DNA of 64,000 nt from Candidatus Delongbacteria bacterium. Its GTDB lineage: Bacteria > CAIWAD01. The DNA is taken from NCBI GenBank assembly GCA_963663545.1, contig OY760505.1, forward strand, positions 128,001-192,000, in the 5' to 3' direction. The number at the start of each line of letters is the position of its first letter. The stretch's first letter is position 1. The notes under the pieces were generated by a model. The model worked only from the letters and a program-made list of their open reading frames with translations, searched no databases and was not told the origin of the DNA. This document shows, piece by piece, positions 1 to 9,725 of the stretch. The translations under genes and the position numbers were made by a program.

Positions 1-1959
1 ATCGCCTGCATGTTCTTCGAATTCCGTGCCGCCGATCTTAGCCCGGACAACAGCGAAATGGCCTATAGCGGCACTTTGCATCAAGAGGGCGTCGCGGATG
101 ACTGGTATCTCTGTGTTCTAGTCGAGGAGGAGGCACCGGCCTTTGGCGCGGCTTTTCCAGGATCGCAGCCGGAGCCTGCCTGGACCAGTGCCGACAGCGT
201 ACAGGTAGGCGTGCGTGTTACAGACGCGGGGTGGTGGGTGGATGCGAGCACACTAGCCTGGCGACTGGATGCGAACGCCGATGGCGAGTACAGCGGTACT
301 GCGGAGCAGTGGCAAACTCTGGACGGCTATGAGGATGCTGCTGATATCACCCTCCGGCAATGGCTGCACCCCGCTGCAGATGGTGTTTACAGCGTAGAAT
401 GGCGCGCGTGGGACAGGAATGGTTCCGGACCTGGATACAGCATGACGCAGGAAGGAATCGCCGACGATGTTGTGATACGCGTTGATCGTACGCCACCGCC
501 AGCAACAATCCTCTATGTGCAATCCACCGGTGAGAGTGAGACACACTTGCTGTTCGCGCCCAGTAGCGAGGCGCATTTCTCACGCTACGAGTTATACCTC
601 TCTAGCGACAGCCTGGTCAGCACAAGTGACCAGCTCTGGAGCGTCAATCAGGACCCGGCCCTCGCGCAACGTGATACATGGAGCACAGCGGTGACCGGGC
701 TGGAGATGGGGCATCGCTACTGGCTGGCAATGCGTGTGCGTGACCTGGCTGGCAATGTTAGTCCATGGTCGAATCGCGTGAGCGTGCTCACGGAGGGATT
801 CGCACCTCGTCCAATTATCGATCTGCGTGTGGAACGCGCCGGTGGGCCCTGGAAGCTCGTCTGGTCGGTGCCTTACTTTGATGTGGCGGGTGGAAGCCAC
901 GTCTGCATTGACCACTACGAAATCCACGCGTCGGATAGCCCCTGGTTCACCATCGACAACGATACGTGGATTGCCAATAGCACTGTGCCCTGGTTCAACT
1001 TGGCAGCGCCGACGGGAGGCAGCGTTTTTTACCAGGTCCTCAGCGTAGGGGCGGGAGACGGCCTTCTGGGCCTGGATCGTGTACTCATCCCCGCCGGAAG
1101 CTTCACCATGGGGCACCCTGCCGTGGACGAGTTACCGCATAGCGTGCAGCTACCCGCTTATACCATCGACCGCTGTGAGGTCACAAATGCGGGCTATGCC
1201 GAGCTCCTCAACTACGCCCTGGACAACAGCTTGTTCAATCTAGTGGCGGATGCGAGCGCCGTGTATTCGCGCGAAGGGCATCTACTGATTGATCTCACAC
1301 GTAGCGATACTGGTTTGTATTACAGTGATGGAGTTGTCCTTGTCTATGGTGGCAAGGAGGATTATCCCGCGCACGTCAGCTGGTTCGGCGCAGCCTGCTG
1401 TTGTGACTGGTTGAGCGCTGCAGCCGCAAGACCGCTATTCTACGATGGTGATTATTCGGTCTCCGCTGAACACAATCCTTATACAAGCGGCAGTTACCGT
1501 CTTCCCACAGAAGCCGAGTGGGAACGAGCAGCCCGCGGTGACACAGATATGCGAGTTTTTCCCTGGGGTGATACATTCAACATGGAGATCAACGGCGTGA
1601 CACAACACGCCAATGTCCTGGGATCAGCCGATGGCTTCAACGGGGATGCGCCCGTGGGCAGCTTTCCTACGGGAGTCAGTCCCTGGGGTTGCCTCGATAT
1701 GGCGGGCAGCGCATGGGAGTGGACCAACGATTGGTGCTGCGAGGAATACACAGGCGCTGATGTCGAGCCTTTTGGCGCGGAATCCGGGAGTCAGCGTGTG
1801 ACACGAGGAGGTGCGTGGAACTACCTCTACACGCTATCGCAAGTATCACGCCGCGGACAAAACCTGCCAGCCAACGCAAGTGGTAACGATGGCTTTCGCA
1901 TCGTTCAACTCACTCAGGGGAGCGTCAGAATGCGGAACTCGACATCCGCCACGCCCTGA
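1..1959 (+). CDS. Large protein with FN3-like region and C-terminal FGE-sulfatase (SUMF1/CLec-fold) domain; probably 5'-partial
   Basis: Frame is open from position 1; motifs IPAGSFTMG, EVTN, YRLPTEAEWERAARG, DMAGSAWEW, RGGAW...GFRIV. Confidence 0.85.
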   Translation: MACMFFEFRAADLSPDNSEMAYSGTLHQEGVADDWYLCVLVEEEAPAFGAAFPGSQPEPAWTSADSVQVGVRVTDAGWWVDASTLAWRLDANADGEYSGTAEQWQTLDGYEDAADITLRQWLHPAADGVYSVEWRAWDRNGSGPGYSMTQEGIADDVVIRVDRTPPPATILYVQSTGESETHLLFAPSSEAHFSRYELYLSSDSLVSTSDQLWSVNQDPALAQRDTWSTAVTGLEMGHRYWLAMRVRDLAGNVSPWSNRVSVLTEGFAPRPIIDLRVERAGGPWKLVWSVPYFDVAGGSHVCIDHYEIHASDSPWFTIDNDTWIANSTVPWFNLAAPTGGSVFYQVLSVGAGDGLLGLDRVLIPAGSFTMGHPAVDELPHSVQLPAYTIDRCEVTNAGYAELLNYALDNSLFNLVADASAVYSREGHLLIDLTRSDTGLYYSDGVVLVYGGKEDYPAHVSWFGAACCCDWLSAAAARPLFYDGDYSVSAEHNPYTSGSYRLPTEAEWERAARGDTDMRVFPWGDTFNMEINGVTQHANVLGSADGFNGDAPVGSFPTGVSPWGCLDMAGSAWEWTNDWCCEEYTGADVEPFGAESGSQRVTRGGAWNYLYTLSQVSRRGQNLPANASGNDGFRIVQLTQGSVRMRNSTSATP

Positions 1960-2363
1960 TCGAGATAGCCGAGGCGTCGGGCAGCCTCGTAGCTCAAGTC
2001 CAGTACACGCCCACTTTTAAAGGGGCCACGATCGTTGACGACAACCTCGACTCTTTTGTCGTTGGCAAGATTGCGTACTTGAATCCATGTTCCCAAGGGA
2101 AGACTGCGATGTGCCGCACTCATGCCGTGCATATCAAAGGTTTCGCCGCTCGCGGTAGGGCGTCCGTGAAAATCGGCCCCATACCAGCTCGCCTTTCCGC
2201 GTAGAACCTGGTTCGCCTTGTACCCGCCGTTGTCACCACTGCCCTGCACCGATCCTGTACTGCGTTGCCCGTCGTCCGGATTGCTGGTAAAGCGCGGAGC
2301 CGGAGTACACGCGATCAACAAGAACAGCAGCGACAGCAGAAGAAGTGGTGTACCACGCTTCAT
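1914..2363 (-). CDS. rlpA: Septal ring lytic transglycosylase RlpA family lipoprotein
   Basis: Lipobox LIAC; GKASWYG..FHGRPTASGE, AAHRSLPLGT, VNDRGPF, DLS motifs. Confidence 0.93.
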   Translation of the reverse strand: MKRGTPLLLLSLLFLLIACTPAPRFTSNPDDGQRSTGSVQGSGDNGGYKANQVLRGKASWYGADFHGRPTASGETFDMHGMSAAHRSLPLGTWIQVRNLANDKRVEVVVNDRGPFKSGRVLDLSYEAARRLGYLDQGVADVEFRILTLP

Positions 2364-2953
2364 CTCAGTGCTCCCGTAGTACGTAGTAGCAGGTAGATCC
2401 TGGCCAGATGCTCAACTTGTTCCGACAGATGAAAGGCATCCAGCAGGGAAGAAGTGCTGTAACACAGCATCCCGTGACGCTCTAAAAGTAAAGCGCGGTG
2501 CTTAGCAAGCAGAGGGCGAGCAGTGTAATACAACTCGTCACTGCCTGCGGGAGCCCAAGGCACCAGACCCACGCTACCAAAGGCTTGAGCCGCTTCGGGC
2601 AGGGCTGTTGTGTCCAGTCCCTCGGCCAAGGCGGAACACGCTGTTGCATGCGGCGAATGCGTGTGTATCACAGCTTGAGTTTCCGGCATCAGCCGGTAGA
2701 CGCCCGTGTGAAGGGCTACTTCGCTTGTTGCCCGCAGCGATCCCGAATCTTGCTTACCGTTCAGATCAATCTCAACAATGTCCGTGGGAGCAAGCATCCC
2801 TTTGCAGAGACCGGCGGGGGTAATCAACAGATGTGATTCACGACCGTGCTGTACGCGCAAACTAAGATTACCCTCATAGCCTGCAATGTGGCCGCGTTCC
2901 CAGAGCAAACGGCCTGTATCACAGATAAGCTGGCGCTCATGCGGATGGCGCAT
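2360..2953 (-). CDS. Class II aldolase/adducin family protein
   Basis: GNLS, ITPAG, TSEVALH, HTHS, LLERHG; start placed at the ATG overlapping the upstream TGA. Confidence 0.9.
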   Translation of the reverse strand: MRHPHERQLICDTGRLLWERGHIAGYEGNLSLRVQHGRESHLLITPAGLCKGMLAPTDIVEIDLNGKQDSGSLRATSEVALHTGVYRLMPETQAVIHTHSPHATACSALAEGLDTTALPEAAQAFGSVGLVPWAPAGSDELYYTARPLLAKHRALLLERHGMLCYSTSSLLDAFHLSEQVEHLARIYLLLRTTGALR

Positions 2954-5304
2954 CAGAACTCCCGCGAAATGCCAACCCAGAAGCGACGCGCACTCTGGTA
3001 GTAAGTGATCAACTCTGCATCGGCAGACAGTGCCGTACGCGTGACCTTGCCCCAAACCGGATGCTCACTGTCCCACACATTGCGACAGCCTGTTCCGATC
3101 CTCCAGCTCTGAACCTTCAGGGAGAGTGCAAGATCCAATTGGCTTCCACCGCCAATAACGACATCGTCCAGGATGCCGATCGAGAGCTTCGTTTCCGTCC
3201 ACCAACTATGCGTTACCGTGGATGTCAGCTCGGCGCTGGCAACCCTGAGTTTCCAATCCAGGCTGGAAACTCCGCGCCACTCGGGTTCGCCGGGCGGCAC
3301 TTCATCTTCCAGATCGACATAGACGATGGATCCATCACCTAAGGGCAGGCGTCCCCATTGTCCATACTTGCCGCCGCGCCAGCACAAAGACGAACGCAAA
3401 CACAGACCAGCAATGCGCGGGCTTTCGGCCCACAGATCGTTGGCGTAGACGAGAAGATGATCGCCATTGACGCGTGCTTGTGTCACGCCGGATTCACCTT
3501 CCGATGCAACAACCCATTCCATCAAGTCGCAGTTGCGGTCCTCGACAAAGACACGCAGACCGGCAAAGCGATATCGCGCCTGATACTGATAGCGTGTGAC
3601 CACGGGATTAACGAGCAGACTGCTACTGCCTTCGTCGGTGATATAGTCTTCAAGCAAGGGCCAGCCACCGTGCCACACGCCCTCGTCGACAACCGCATCG
3701 CCGATGTAGTCTTCAGGGTAGCCACTCTGATCCCACCATTCTTCAGGAGCAAAGGGCTGGCGCCGACGACTGAAGGAAAGCTCGTTAACAAGACCGGCCC
3801 AGCGGTGACGCAACGCGAGTCCAGGATCCAGGCTTTGCAGGTCTTCTTCGAAGCGCAGGCTGGCCAGATTGATTGTGCGGAATTCGCCTTCGCGCAAACG
3901 CTCAAAACTGTAATAGGTATATCGCAAGGCAACATCCGCATCCAACTCAAATCCATAGCCAAGCGAATACACGTCGCGGAGACGGCCTCCAAACTGCAGG
4001 ATACGCTCGTGGGTCGAATACCAGGGATCCTCCGGGTAGTCGGCAATGCCGGCGTTTTCCGGTCCGGACAAAAGGCTGCCGTCATCGTTGCGCGTGATAC
4101 TGCGCATATAGAAGTCACCGCGCAAGAGACCGCGACTATGCGTCTGTTGCATCCCGGCGTTCAGGCCAAATTCCAGTTGTCTTGCCTCGCGGACTGTGTG
4201 ATACCAAGCTTCTTCGTAGCTGATGCTTTCGCCGCTCCAGTTGCCACGCCGCGCCGTGTAATCAAACTCCCGAGCGTTCCAGTCCTCGGTTCTTACTGCG
4301 AGGTGTGCGCCTGTCTCGAAGCGCAGCTCCGTTGTTGGCGAGTACCCTGCTGTAACACGGTACAAGAACTGCTGTTGCTCTTCTTCGATATCCGCCAAGT
4401 CAAGCGCCATCACACGACGTGATACAAGATTGGCGTCACCCCTTTCCCAGTCCGCTTGGCTACGGTTGAACTCGAGCGACTGCTGCAACAACACCTTGGG
4501 GAAGATGTGTTGATGGCTGATTCCCGCGTTCAGCCTTTGGCGAGGATCACCGCCATCGGTCCTGCTGAGCAGGCGTGTTGCCTCAAGGCTCAGGTGATCG
4601 AGCAGACCGGAAGCCACATGCAGGAGAAGATCCTGCTCCTGAAAACCATGGTTGCCCGCACTGAGGCTCGCACGTCCATGCTCGAGGGTGGGAATGCGCT
4701 CGCGAAGGGGATCCTCAACAAAAAGAGCCGTGTTTCCACTTGACCAGGTGAAACCGGGAGACCAATTGTCAAGCGCGTAGGCGGGGGAATTCCAAAGCTC
4801 AACTGAGCGCGACCACGGTGTGTCACGGCGCAACCCGCCGATGTAGAGCTCTTCGCTGGTATGCAAAGGATCGCTACCGGTGTGATCCACGATACCGTCC
4901 TGATCAAGATCGAAACTGCGCACAACCGGTAGCCAGGCGGGTAAAAGCTGAAGCTGATACTCGTCCGAGCCTACACACAAATCATGATCGCTGATTAACT
5001 GTAGCGGAAAGCGCACATCGTTCATGATGTTGAACGACTCCCGTCGCGGAAGGTAGCCGTGACACAGAACAATCATCTCGTGCGGCCCGCAATGCAGACT
5101 ATCGCGTGACCAGTTTCCGCCTTCGTCTGTGACACAACGGAGTCCGTCGTTAAAGATGACTTGCGCCCCTTGAAGTGGAACGCCTTGTGCATTGGAAATA
5201 GTACCCCAGAAGCGAAACAACTCATCATGGCTTGTTGCCAAGCCCGCAGCGAGTAAAACCTGTGTCAATAGAAATGCGGAGAGAGTAAAGGTTAGGGTTT
5301 TCAT
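2953..5304 (-). CDS. TonB-dependent-receptor-like outer-membrane beta-barrel with N-terminal carboxypeptidase-regulatory-like domain
   Basis: Signal peptide; GTISNAQGVPLQGAQV...TDEGG; amphipathic strands; C-terminal RRFWVGISREF. Confidence 0.65.
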   Translation of the reverse strand: MKTLTFTLSAFLLTQVLLAAGLATSHDELFRFWGTISNAQGVPLQGAQVIFNDGLRCVTDEGGNWSRDSLHCGPHEMIVLCHGYLPRRESFNIMNDVRFPLQLISDHDLCVGSDEYQLQLLPAWLPVVRSFDLDQDGIVDHTGSDPLHTSEELYIGGLRRDTPWSRSVELWNSPAYALDNWSPGFTWSSGNTALFVEDPLRERIPTLEHGRASLSAGNHGFQEQDLLLHVASGLLDHLSLEATRLLSRTDGGDPRQRLNAGISHQHIFPKVLLQQSLEFNRSQADWERGDANLVSRRVMALDLADIEEEQQQFLYRVTAGYSPTTELRFETGAHLAVRTEDWNAREFDYTARRGNWSGESISYEEAWYHTVREARQLEFGLNAGMQQTHSRGLLRGDFYMRSITRNDDGSLLSGPENAGIADYPEDPWYSTHERILQFGGRLRDVYSLGYGFELDADVALRYTYYSFERLREGEFRTINLASLRFEEDLQSLDPGLALRHRWAGLVNELSFSRRRQPFAPEEWWDQSGYPEDYIGDAVVDEGVWHGGWPLLEDYITDEGSSSLLVNPVVTRYQYQARYRFAGLRVFVEDRNCDLMEWVVASEGESGVTQARVNGDHLLVYANDLWAESPRIAGLCLRSSLCWRGGKYGQWGRLPLGDGSIVYVDLEDEVPPGEPEWRGVSSLDWKLRVASAELTSTVTHSWWTETKLSIGILDDVVIGGGSQLDLALSLKVQSWRIGTGCRNVWDSEHPVWGKVTRTALSADAELITYYQSARRFWVGISREF

Positions 5305-5366
5305 GAGCACAAGATAGCGAAGAACAGGCTCTGGGGCTTCGTTCGAAACTTGCTAGATTCTACACC

Positions 5367-6200
5367 GTGAATCACGCTATCACAAACTCCGGCCGCATGG
5401 CCCCCAAACCCCTCGCCTTGATTTGTGGTGCCTCTTCGGGCATCGGTCGTGCGCTGTCGATCGAGGCTGCCCACCGTGGAATGGATTGCCTATTGGTGGC
5501 GCGCAGCGGTGAACGCTTGCTGGAATTGAAAACGCGCATCGAGCGCGAGGCGCCGGTGATGGCAACCATCCTTCAGGCCGACCTCTCACGAAGCGAAGGG
5601 CGCAGCGATCTACTGGAACTGATCCGCTACTGTGAGCTGAAGCCGGACCTGCTGGTTCTGTCCGCAGGAATGCTGGTCGCAGACAGCGTGTTGGCACAGA
5701 ACGCCAGCTTGCGCGGTCAGATGCACGACCTTCACATCAGGGCATGTAACGAGCTCATCCACGACCTGCTACCCGTGATGCAGAAGGAGGAAAATGGCTA
5801 CGTGCTGCTGATTTCCTCGCTTTCGGCGCTGGTTCCGTTGCCGGGATTTGCTGCCTACAGCGCAAGCAAAGCCTATCAGCTTTCACTGGGTCTCGCACTT
5901 GCGCCCGAGCTCGAATGCAAGGGCATTCACCTCTGCGTCTGTGCGCCAGGCCTGGTAGATACACCCCTTTTTGAACACGGGGGACTTCCGCGACCGCCAC
6001 ATGGGCTGCGCGCGGAAGAGGTTGCGCGGTCTGCGCTCAAGGCGGTTTTTGCCCGACGTCGCCTACTCATGCTCCCCTGGCGTTCTTCCTTGCGTAATCG
6101 TTTTTTCTGGCTGTTGCCTGAGTTTCTGCAGGCGCGCGTGTTACGCAATCTAGCATCCCGTATCACGGATTGGCAGAAACAAACGGAAGCTCATTTGTGA
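5367..6200 (+). CDS. Short-chain dehydrogenase/reductase (SDR)
   Basis: GASSGIG and YSASK catalytic motif. Confidence 0.92.
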   Translation: MNHAITNSGRMAPKPLALICGASSGIGRALSIEAAHRGMDCLLVARSGERLLELKTRIEREAPVMATILQADLSRSEGRSDLLELIRYCELKPDLLVLSAGMLVADSVLAQNASLRGQMHDLHIRACNELIHDLLPVMQKEENGYVLLISSLSALVPLPGFAAYSASKAYQLSLGLALAPELECKGIHLCVCAPGLVDTPLFEHGGLPRPPHGLRAEEVARSALKAVFARRRLLMLPWRSSLRNRFFWLLPEFLQARVLRNLASRITDWQKQTEAHL

Positions 6201-6225
6201 TACAAATAGATGTGATACAAATAGA
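6196..6225. repeat. 15-bp tandem duplication TGTGATACAAATAGA x2
   Basis: Exact copies at 6196-6210 and 6211-6225, overlapping the SDR stop codon. Confidence 0.9.
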
Positions 6226-6285
6226 AACGGTACGTCGTCGAGGCTGGTGCTAGTTTCCAGGTATCAGGAGAAAGGAAGGACCCCA

Positions 6286-6528
6286 ATGGCCAGCGAGTTG
6301 TTGCAAAGCCTGCAGAAACGTTTAGCTGAGCATGGCAAGGGAAACCTAGATCCCGCTCAAGCAAAACAGGAATTGGAGCTACTGCTATCCGCCACCGAGC
6401 GCATGCTTAACAATCTGCACCTCGATTTCGAAGTCCCAACAAGTGACCCGGGATTGCTGGAAATGCACGTGGCCCTGCTGGAGTTGCGTTCAGCGACGAA
6501 TAACCTGATCAGCGACTTACAAGTGTAG
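6286..6528 (+). CDS. Small helical hypothetical protein
   Basis: AGGAAGGA RBS before ATG 6286; followed by a terminator. Confidence 0.65.
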   Translation: MASELLQSLQKRLAEHGKGNLDPAQAKQELELLLSATERMLNNLHLDFEVPTSDPGLLEMHVALLELRSATNNLISDLQV

Positions 6529-6531
6529 AAC

Positions 6532-6560
6532 AAAAAACCCCGCAAGTGCGGGGTTTCTTA
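6532..6560. terminator. Probable bidirectional intrinsic terminator
   Basis: AAAAAACCCCGC-AAGT-GCGGGGTTTCTT hairpin between convergent genes. Confidence 0.85.
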
Positions 6561-6633
<73 letters not shown>

Positions 6634-6662
6634 AGATCTGCTGTGTCAAACAGCAGACACCC

Positions 6663-6691
6663 AATATAGCCTTTCGAATATTGGATGTCAA
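6663..6691 (-). promoter_or_regulatory. Sigma70-type promoter for tRNA-Phe
   Basis: TTGACA-17 bp-TATATT about 30 bp upstream of the tRNA. Confidence 0.8.
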
Positions 6692-6709
6692 GCACGCCAG
6701 CTTCAGCCC

Positions 6710-7375
6710 TTAGGCCTTACGGTGGAAGCCAATGCGATCGTAAGGATTAACAATGCTGGTCAGCGCGTTCTGCCAATGGCTGTTGATCCGCTTGATGTAG
6801 CGCACATAGAGTACCAAACGCACCTGCTGCTTCGCTTCCAAATTGTGTACCTGACCCGTGGCCATCTGACGTGCAATCTCGTCACAGTCGCGATTGATCC
6901 AGTCGGCGCCGCGCAGCAACATGGCCGCAGCTTCGTAATCCTCGCCAACTAGAGCCTGACGACCGCGGGGAAGAAGCTCTTCGAAAACCGCGTGTTCGAT
7001 CTTGGCCAGCATCTCTTCAAAACCACCCGTTGCAATGGGCTCGCGGCTCTGCCTGGCCATGGTGGACATGTTCTTGGCATAGTCGCCGACGCGCTCGATG
7101 TCGACAACGATGCTGGTAAGCACGAGCGCGGGGTAGAGGTTTTGCTTGGCACCCATGTTCAAGTGCGCAACAACGCCGCGACGCACCTCGGCCAGTTTGC
7201 GATTGACCATCTTGTCCAACATCTCGATATCGAGCTTGCTGGCTTTGCCGCTGCGGACTTCCTTCCAGGCAGCCAAGGCCATAGACTCAACGTCTTCTAG
7301 CATGCTATTGGCCAGCTTGATGGATTCGCTCAGCATCTCTTCCTTGCTGAAGAGCTTATTGATCAGGTTAGGCAT
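6710..7375 (-). CDS. PhoU-domain protein (paralog 2)
   Basis: LDKMVN...EVRR and DIERVGDYAKN PhoU motifs. Confidence 0.88.
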   Translation of the reverse strand: MPNLINKLFSKEEMLSESIKLANSMLEDVESMALAAWKEVRSGKASKLDIEMLDKMVNRKLAEVRRGVVAHLNMGAKQNLYPALVLTSIVVDIERVGDYAKNMSTMARQSREPIATGGFEEMLAKIEHAVFEELLPRGRQALVGEDYEAAAMLLRGADWINRDCDEIARQMATGQVHNLEAKQQVRLVLYVRYIKRINSHWQNALTSIVNPYDRIGFHRKA

Positions 7376-7413
7376 AGTCCGGGATCCAATCCATTCACAG
7401 TCTGCAGTTTCGA

Positions 7414-8076
7414 CTAGAAATCGCGCTTGAAGCCAATGCGATCAAAGGGATTCACCACGCTGGTCAGCATGTTGCTCCAGTGGCTCGAAATTCGCTTCAA
7501 GTAACGCAGGTAGAGGGTCAGGCAGACCTGATCCTTGGCGCTAAGGGTGCATTCGCAATCCCCAGCCGTTAGTTTCTCGGTGATGCGATCCACCAGGCGT
7601 CCCACCCAGCGGGTCTCGTGAATCAGACGCGCAGATTCACTCTTGTCGGAATTCAAGAAAGCCTGCCGTCCCTTGGGAAGCAACTCGTCCACGACTGCTT
7701 TTTCAATGCGCAGCACCTTTTTCTCGTAGATGTCCGCGTGCAGGCGACCAGGGTGATCCTTGGCCAGCTCGACGATGTTCTTGGCGTAATCACCGACGCG
7801 TTCGATGTCAATGATAATGCTGGTAAGCACCAGTGCGGAGTAGACGTTGTCCGTACCCACAACGGCAAGGTGCGTGAACACCTTGCGGCGCACTTCCGAC
7901 TCGAAGCGATTGACCGCCTTGTCCATCTCCAGCACATCGATGTCCATCGTGGTGTCTTCGCGCTTGCGAAGGCTGATGGTGGCCGCGCGTACCATGACCT
8001 CGACGTTTTCCAGCATCTTGCTGGTGTCAGCCAAGGCTTGATCCAGCAGGCTTTCTTTGTTGAAAAAGCTCAGCAT
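7414..8076 (-). CDS. PhoU-domain protein (paralog 1)
   Basis: MDKAVNRFESEVRR, DIERVGDYAKNI. Confidence 0.9.
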   Translation of the reverse strand: MLSFFNKESLLDQALADTSKMLENVEVMVRAATISLRKREDTTMDIDVLEMDKAVNRFESEVRRKVFTHLAVVGTDNVYSALVLTSIIIDIERVGDYAKNIVELAKDHPGRLHADIYEKKVLRIEKAVVDELLPKGRQAFLNSDKSESARLIHETRWVGRLVDRITEKLTAGDCECTLSAKDQVCLTLYLRYLKRISSHWSNMLTSVVNPFDRIGFKRDF

Positions 8077-8083
8077 CCTATCC

Positions 8084-9199
8084 TCACTTGGTCAGAAAGA
8101 TGATGGTCAAGGGCAATACGATGAACACGATCAGGATATAGGCAAAGGGCACCAGCCGGTTCCGGACAGAGTACTTGGCAAGAAGATCAGCCAGGAAGAT
8201 CGGTACACGGCGAATAGGCCAGATGATAACCGTACCCATGAGATTGAAGAGGAAATGCACAAGTGCAATGGCAACGGCGTTTGCGTCCGTTGTCACCAGC
8301 GACGCCATCAGCGCAGTGACCGTGGTTCCGATGTTGGCCCCCAGCGTATAGGGGAAAATCTGCTGAATATTCAAAATTCCCGCGCCCGCCAGCGGCACAA
8401 CCAGGCTGGTGGTAATGGAGCTGGATTGCACCATCGCCGTGATACCAAGCCCGAGCAGAAGTGCCTTGTAAGCATGGTTGAACAGCTTCTCTTGGAACCA
8501 GGTATCAACGCGCCCCATGAAAAGCTTCTTCAGCACCTTGGTCAGCAGAGTAATGGAGCTGAAAAGCAGCACCATGGCGATAATCAGACAAACCCAGGGA
8601 TTGTGGCTGACGGTATCGGTAATAAAGTGTACAGCCGGTTTGACGATCATTTTCAGCGGACTGCCCAGCTTGATACCACCGGCATTTTCCAGCAGAAAGG
8701 CGATCTTATGGCCGAACTTATCCAGTATACCGAAGGCAATTTCGAGGGGGAAGAAGATCAGCACCGCCAGTAGATTGAACATGTCATGTACAGTACTGGC
8801 AGCAAAAGCTCGCTGAAACTCGCGCGGATTGCCGATGTGGCCAAGGGACACCAGTGTGTTGGTAATACTGGTACCGATGTTGGCACCCATTACAATGGGA
8901 ACCGCCAAGGGGAAAGCCAGTGTGCCAGACGCCACCATACCCACGACCATGCTAGTTGTTGCCGAGGACGATTGCATCAGTGAGGTAGCTGCAATACCAA
9001 TAAACAGCGAGACGAAAGGATTCTTCGTCAAGTGCATTAACGATGTGGCGAGATCCTTGCCGAAAAGCTTAATGGATGAAGCCAGTAGCTCAATGGATAG
9101 GAAAAAGCAGTACAGCACCAGGGCCAACAGCAGCAGATTCAGAATCAACCGCAAAAGGGGATTCTGACCCGATTCGGCTGGAGCATTGGGTGAGTTCAT
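8084..9199 (-). CDS. Na+/phosphate cotransporter (NptA/SLC34 family)
   Basis: Two QSSS repeats and two GANIGT motifs; multiple TM helices. Confidence 0.93.
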   Translation of the reverse strand: MNSPNAPAESGQNPLLRLILNLLLLALVLYCFFLSIELLASSIKLFGKDLATSLMHLTKNPFVSLFIGIAATSLMQSSSATTSMVVGMVASGTLAFPLAVPIVMGANIGTSITNTLVSLGHIGNPREFQRAFAASTVHDMFNLLAVLIFFPLEIAFGILDKFGHKIAFLLENAGGIKLGSPLKMIVKPAVHFITDTVSHNPWVCLIIAMVLLFSSITLLTKVLKKLFMGRVDTWFQEKLFNHAYKALLLGLGITAMVQSSSITTSLVVPLAGAGILNIQQIFPYTLGANIGTTVTALMASLVTTDANAVAIALVHFLFNLMGTVIIWPIRRVPIFLADLLAKYSVRNRLVPFAYILIVFIVLPLTIIFLTK

Positions 9200-9392
9200 G
9201 GAATCAGGCACCTCAGTTGTATCACACTCGCTTTTCAGCGGATGCAACCTACATGAGAATGGTTAAATCCATGTTAGCGAATCGCTGCGGCAAGTAGAAA
9301 TCGTCACGCCAACATTCGTAATTCAAGTTCGCAACAGCCAAGTAATAAAGGGGCGCAGGGGAAAGCCCCGTGTTATCGAGTCCCGAATCGTA

Positions 9393-9420
9393 AGTTTACA
9401 TAATATCTATTATATGCACT
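9393..9420 (-). other. dif site (XerCD chromosome dimer resolution site)
   Basis: AGTGCATATAA-TAGATA-TTATGTAAACT: 11-6-11 layout; left arm resembles the E. coli XerC arm GGTGCGCATAA and right arm matches the B. subtilis-type TTATGTAAACT; intergenic and AT-rich. Confidence 0.85.
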
Positions 9421-9436
9421 CATAAGTGAACGAAGC

Positions 9437-9634
9437 CTAGAGCAGTTTTCCCGTTGGAGACATGTTCGGCGGCGGGCTTTCGCCGTGCTCGTTGAGATAC
9501 TGAAGGCGTTTGCACGTGGGTTGCCCCAGCTCGCTATGGCAGTACATGTTGACCCAGCCGCGCTTTACGACTTCGCTGTCACCACTGAACTCTTTGAAGA
9601 AGCCACAGCGATGGATGATTGGACACTCGAACAT
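9437..9634 (-). CDS. Small four-Cys hypothetical protein (65 aa)
   Basis: AGGAG RBS; CP..C.FF...W...YC...CKR...PP.NMSPTG pattern. Confidence 0.7.
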   Translation of the reverse strand: MFECPIIHRCGFFKEFSGDSEVVKRGWVNMYCHSELGQPTCKRLQYLNEHGESPPPNMSPTGKLL

Positions 9635-9725
9635 GAAGGCTCCTGATAGGTAAACATAAGCAAACACTTGTTGCCATTATCGTCAATTTCAGCTTTGGAA
9701 TTAGCGCCTCTCGCTATTCTCAAAG

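Noticed and set aside
1800-1910. DGR variable region at the FGE/CLec C-terminus (also in cassette 2)
   Set aside because: No reverse transcriptase and no template repeat differing at adenines seen in the window; cannot be excluded in trans
1914-1959. 46-bp convergent overlap between the FGE gene and rlpA
   Set aside because: A non-conserved-looking tail past the GFR motif; ordinary stop-codon drift
3358-4422. Long antisense ORFs (also 11948-12724, 14435-15613, 21342-22256, 33205-34446, 51487-52398)
   Set aside because: Shadow frames of well-supported genes in GC-rich DNA, with no recognisable motifs
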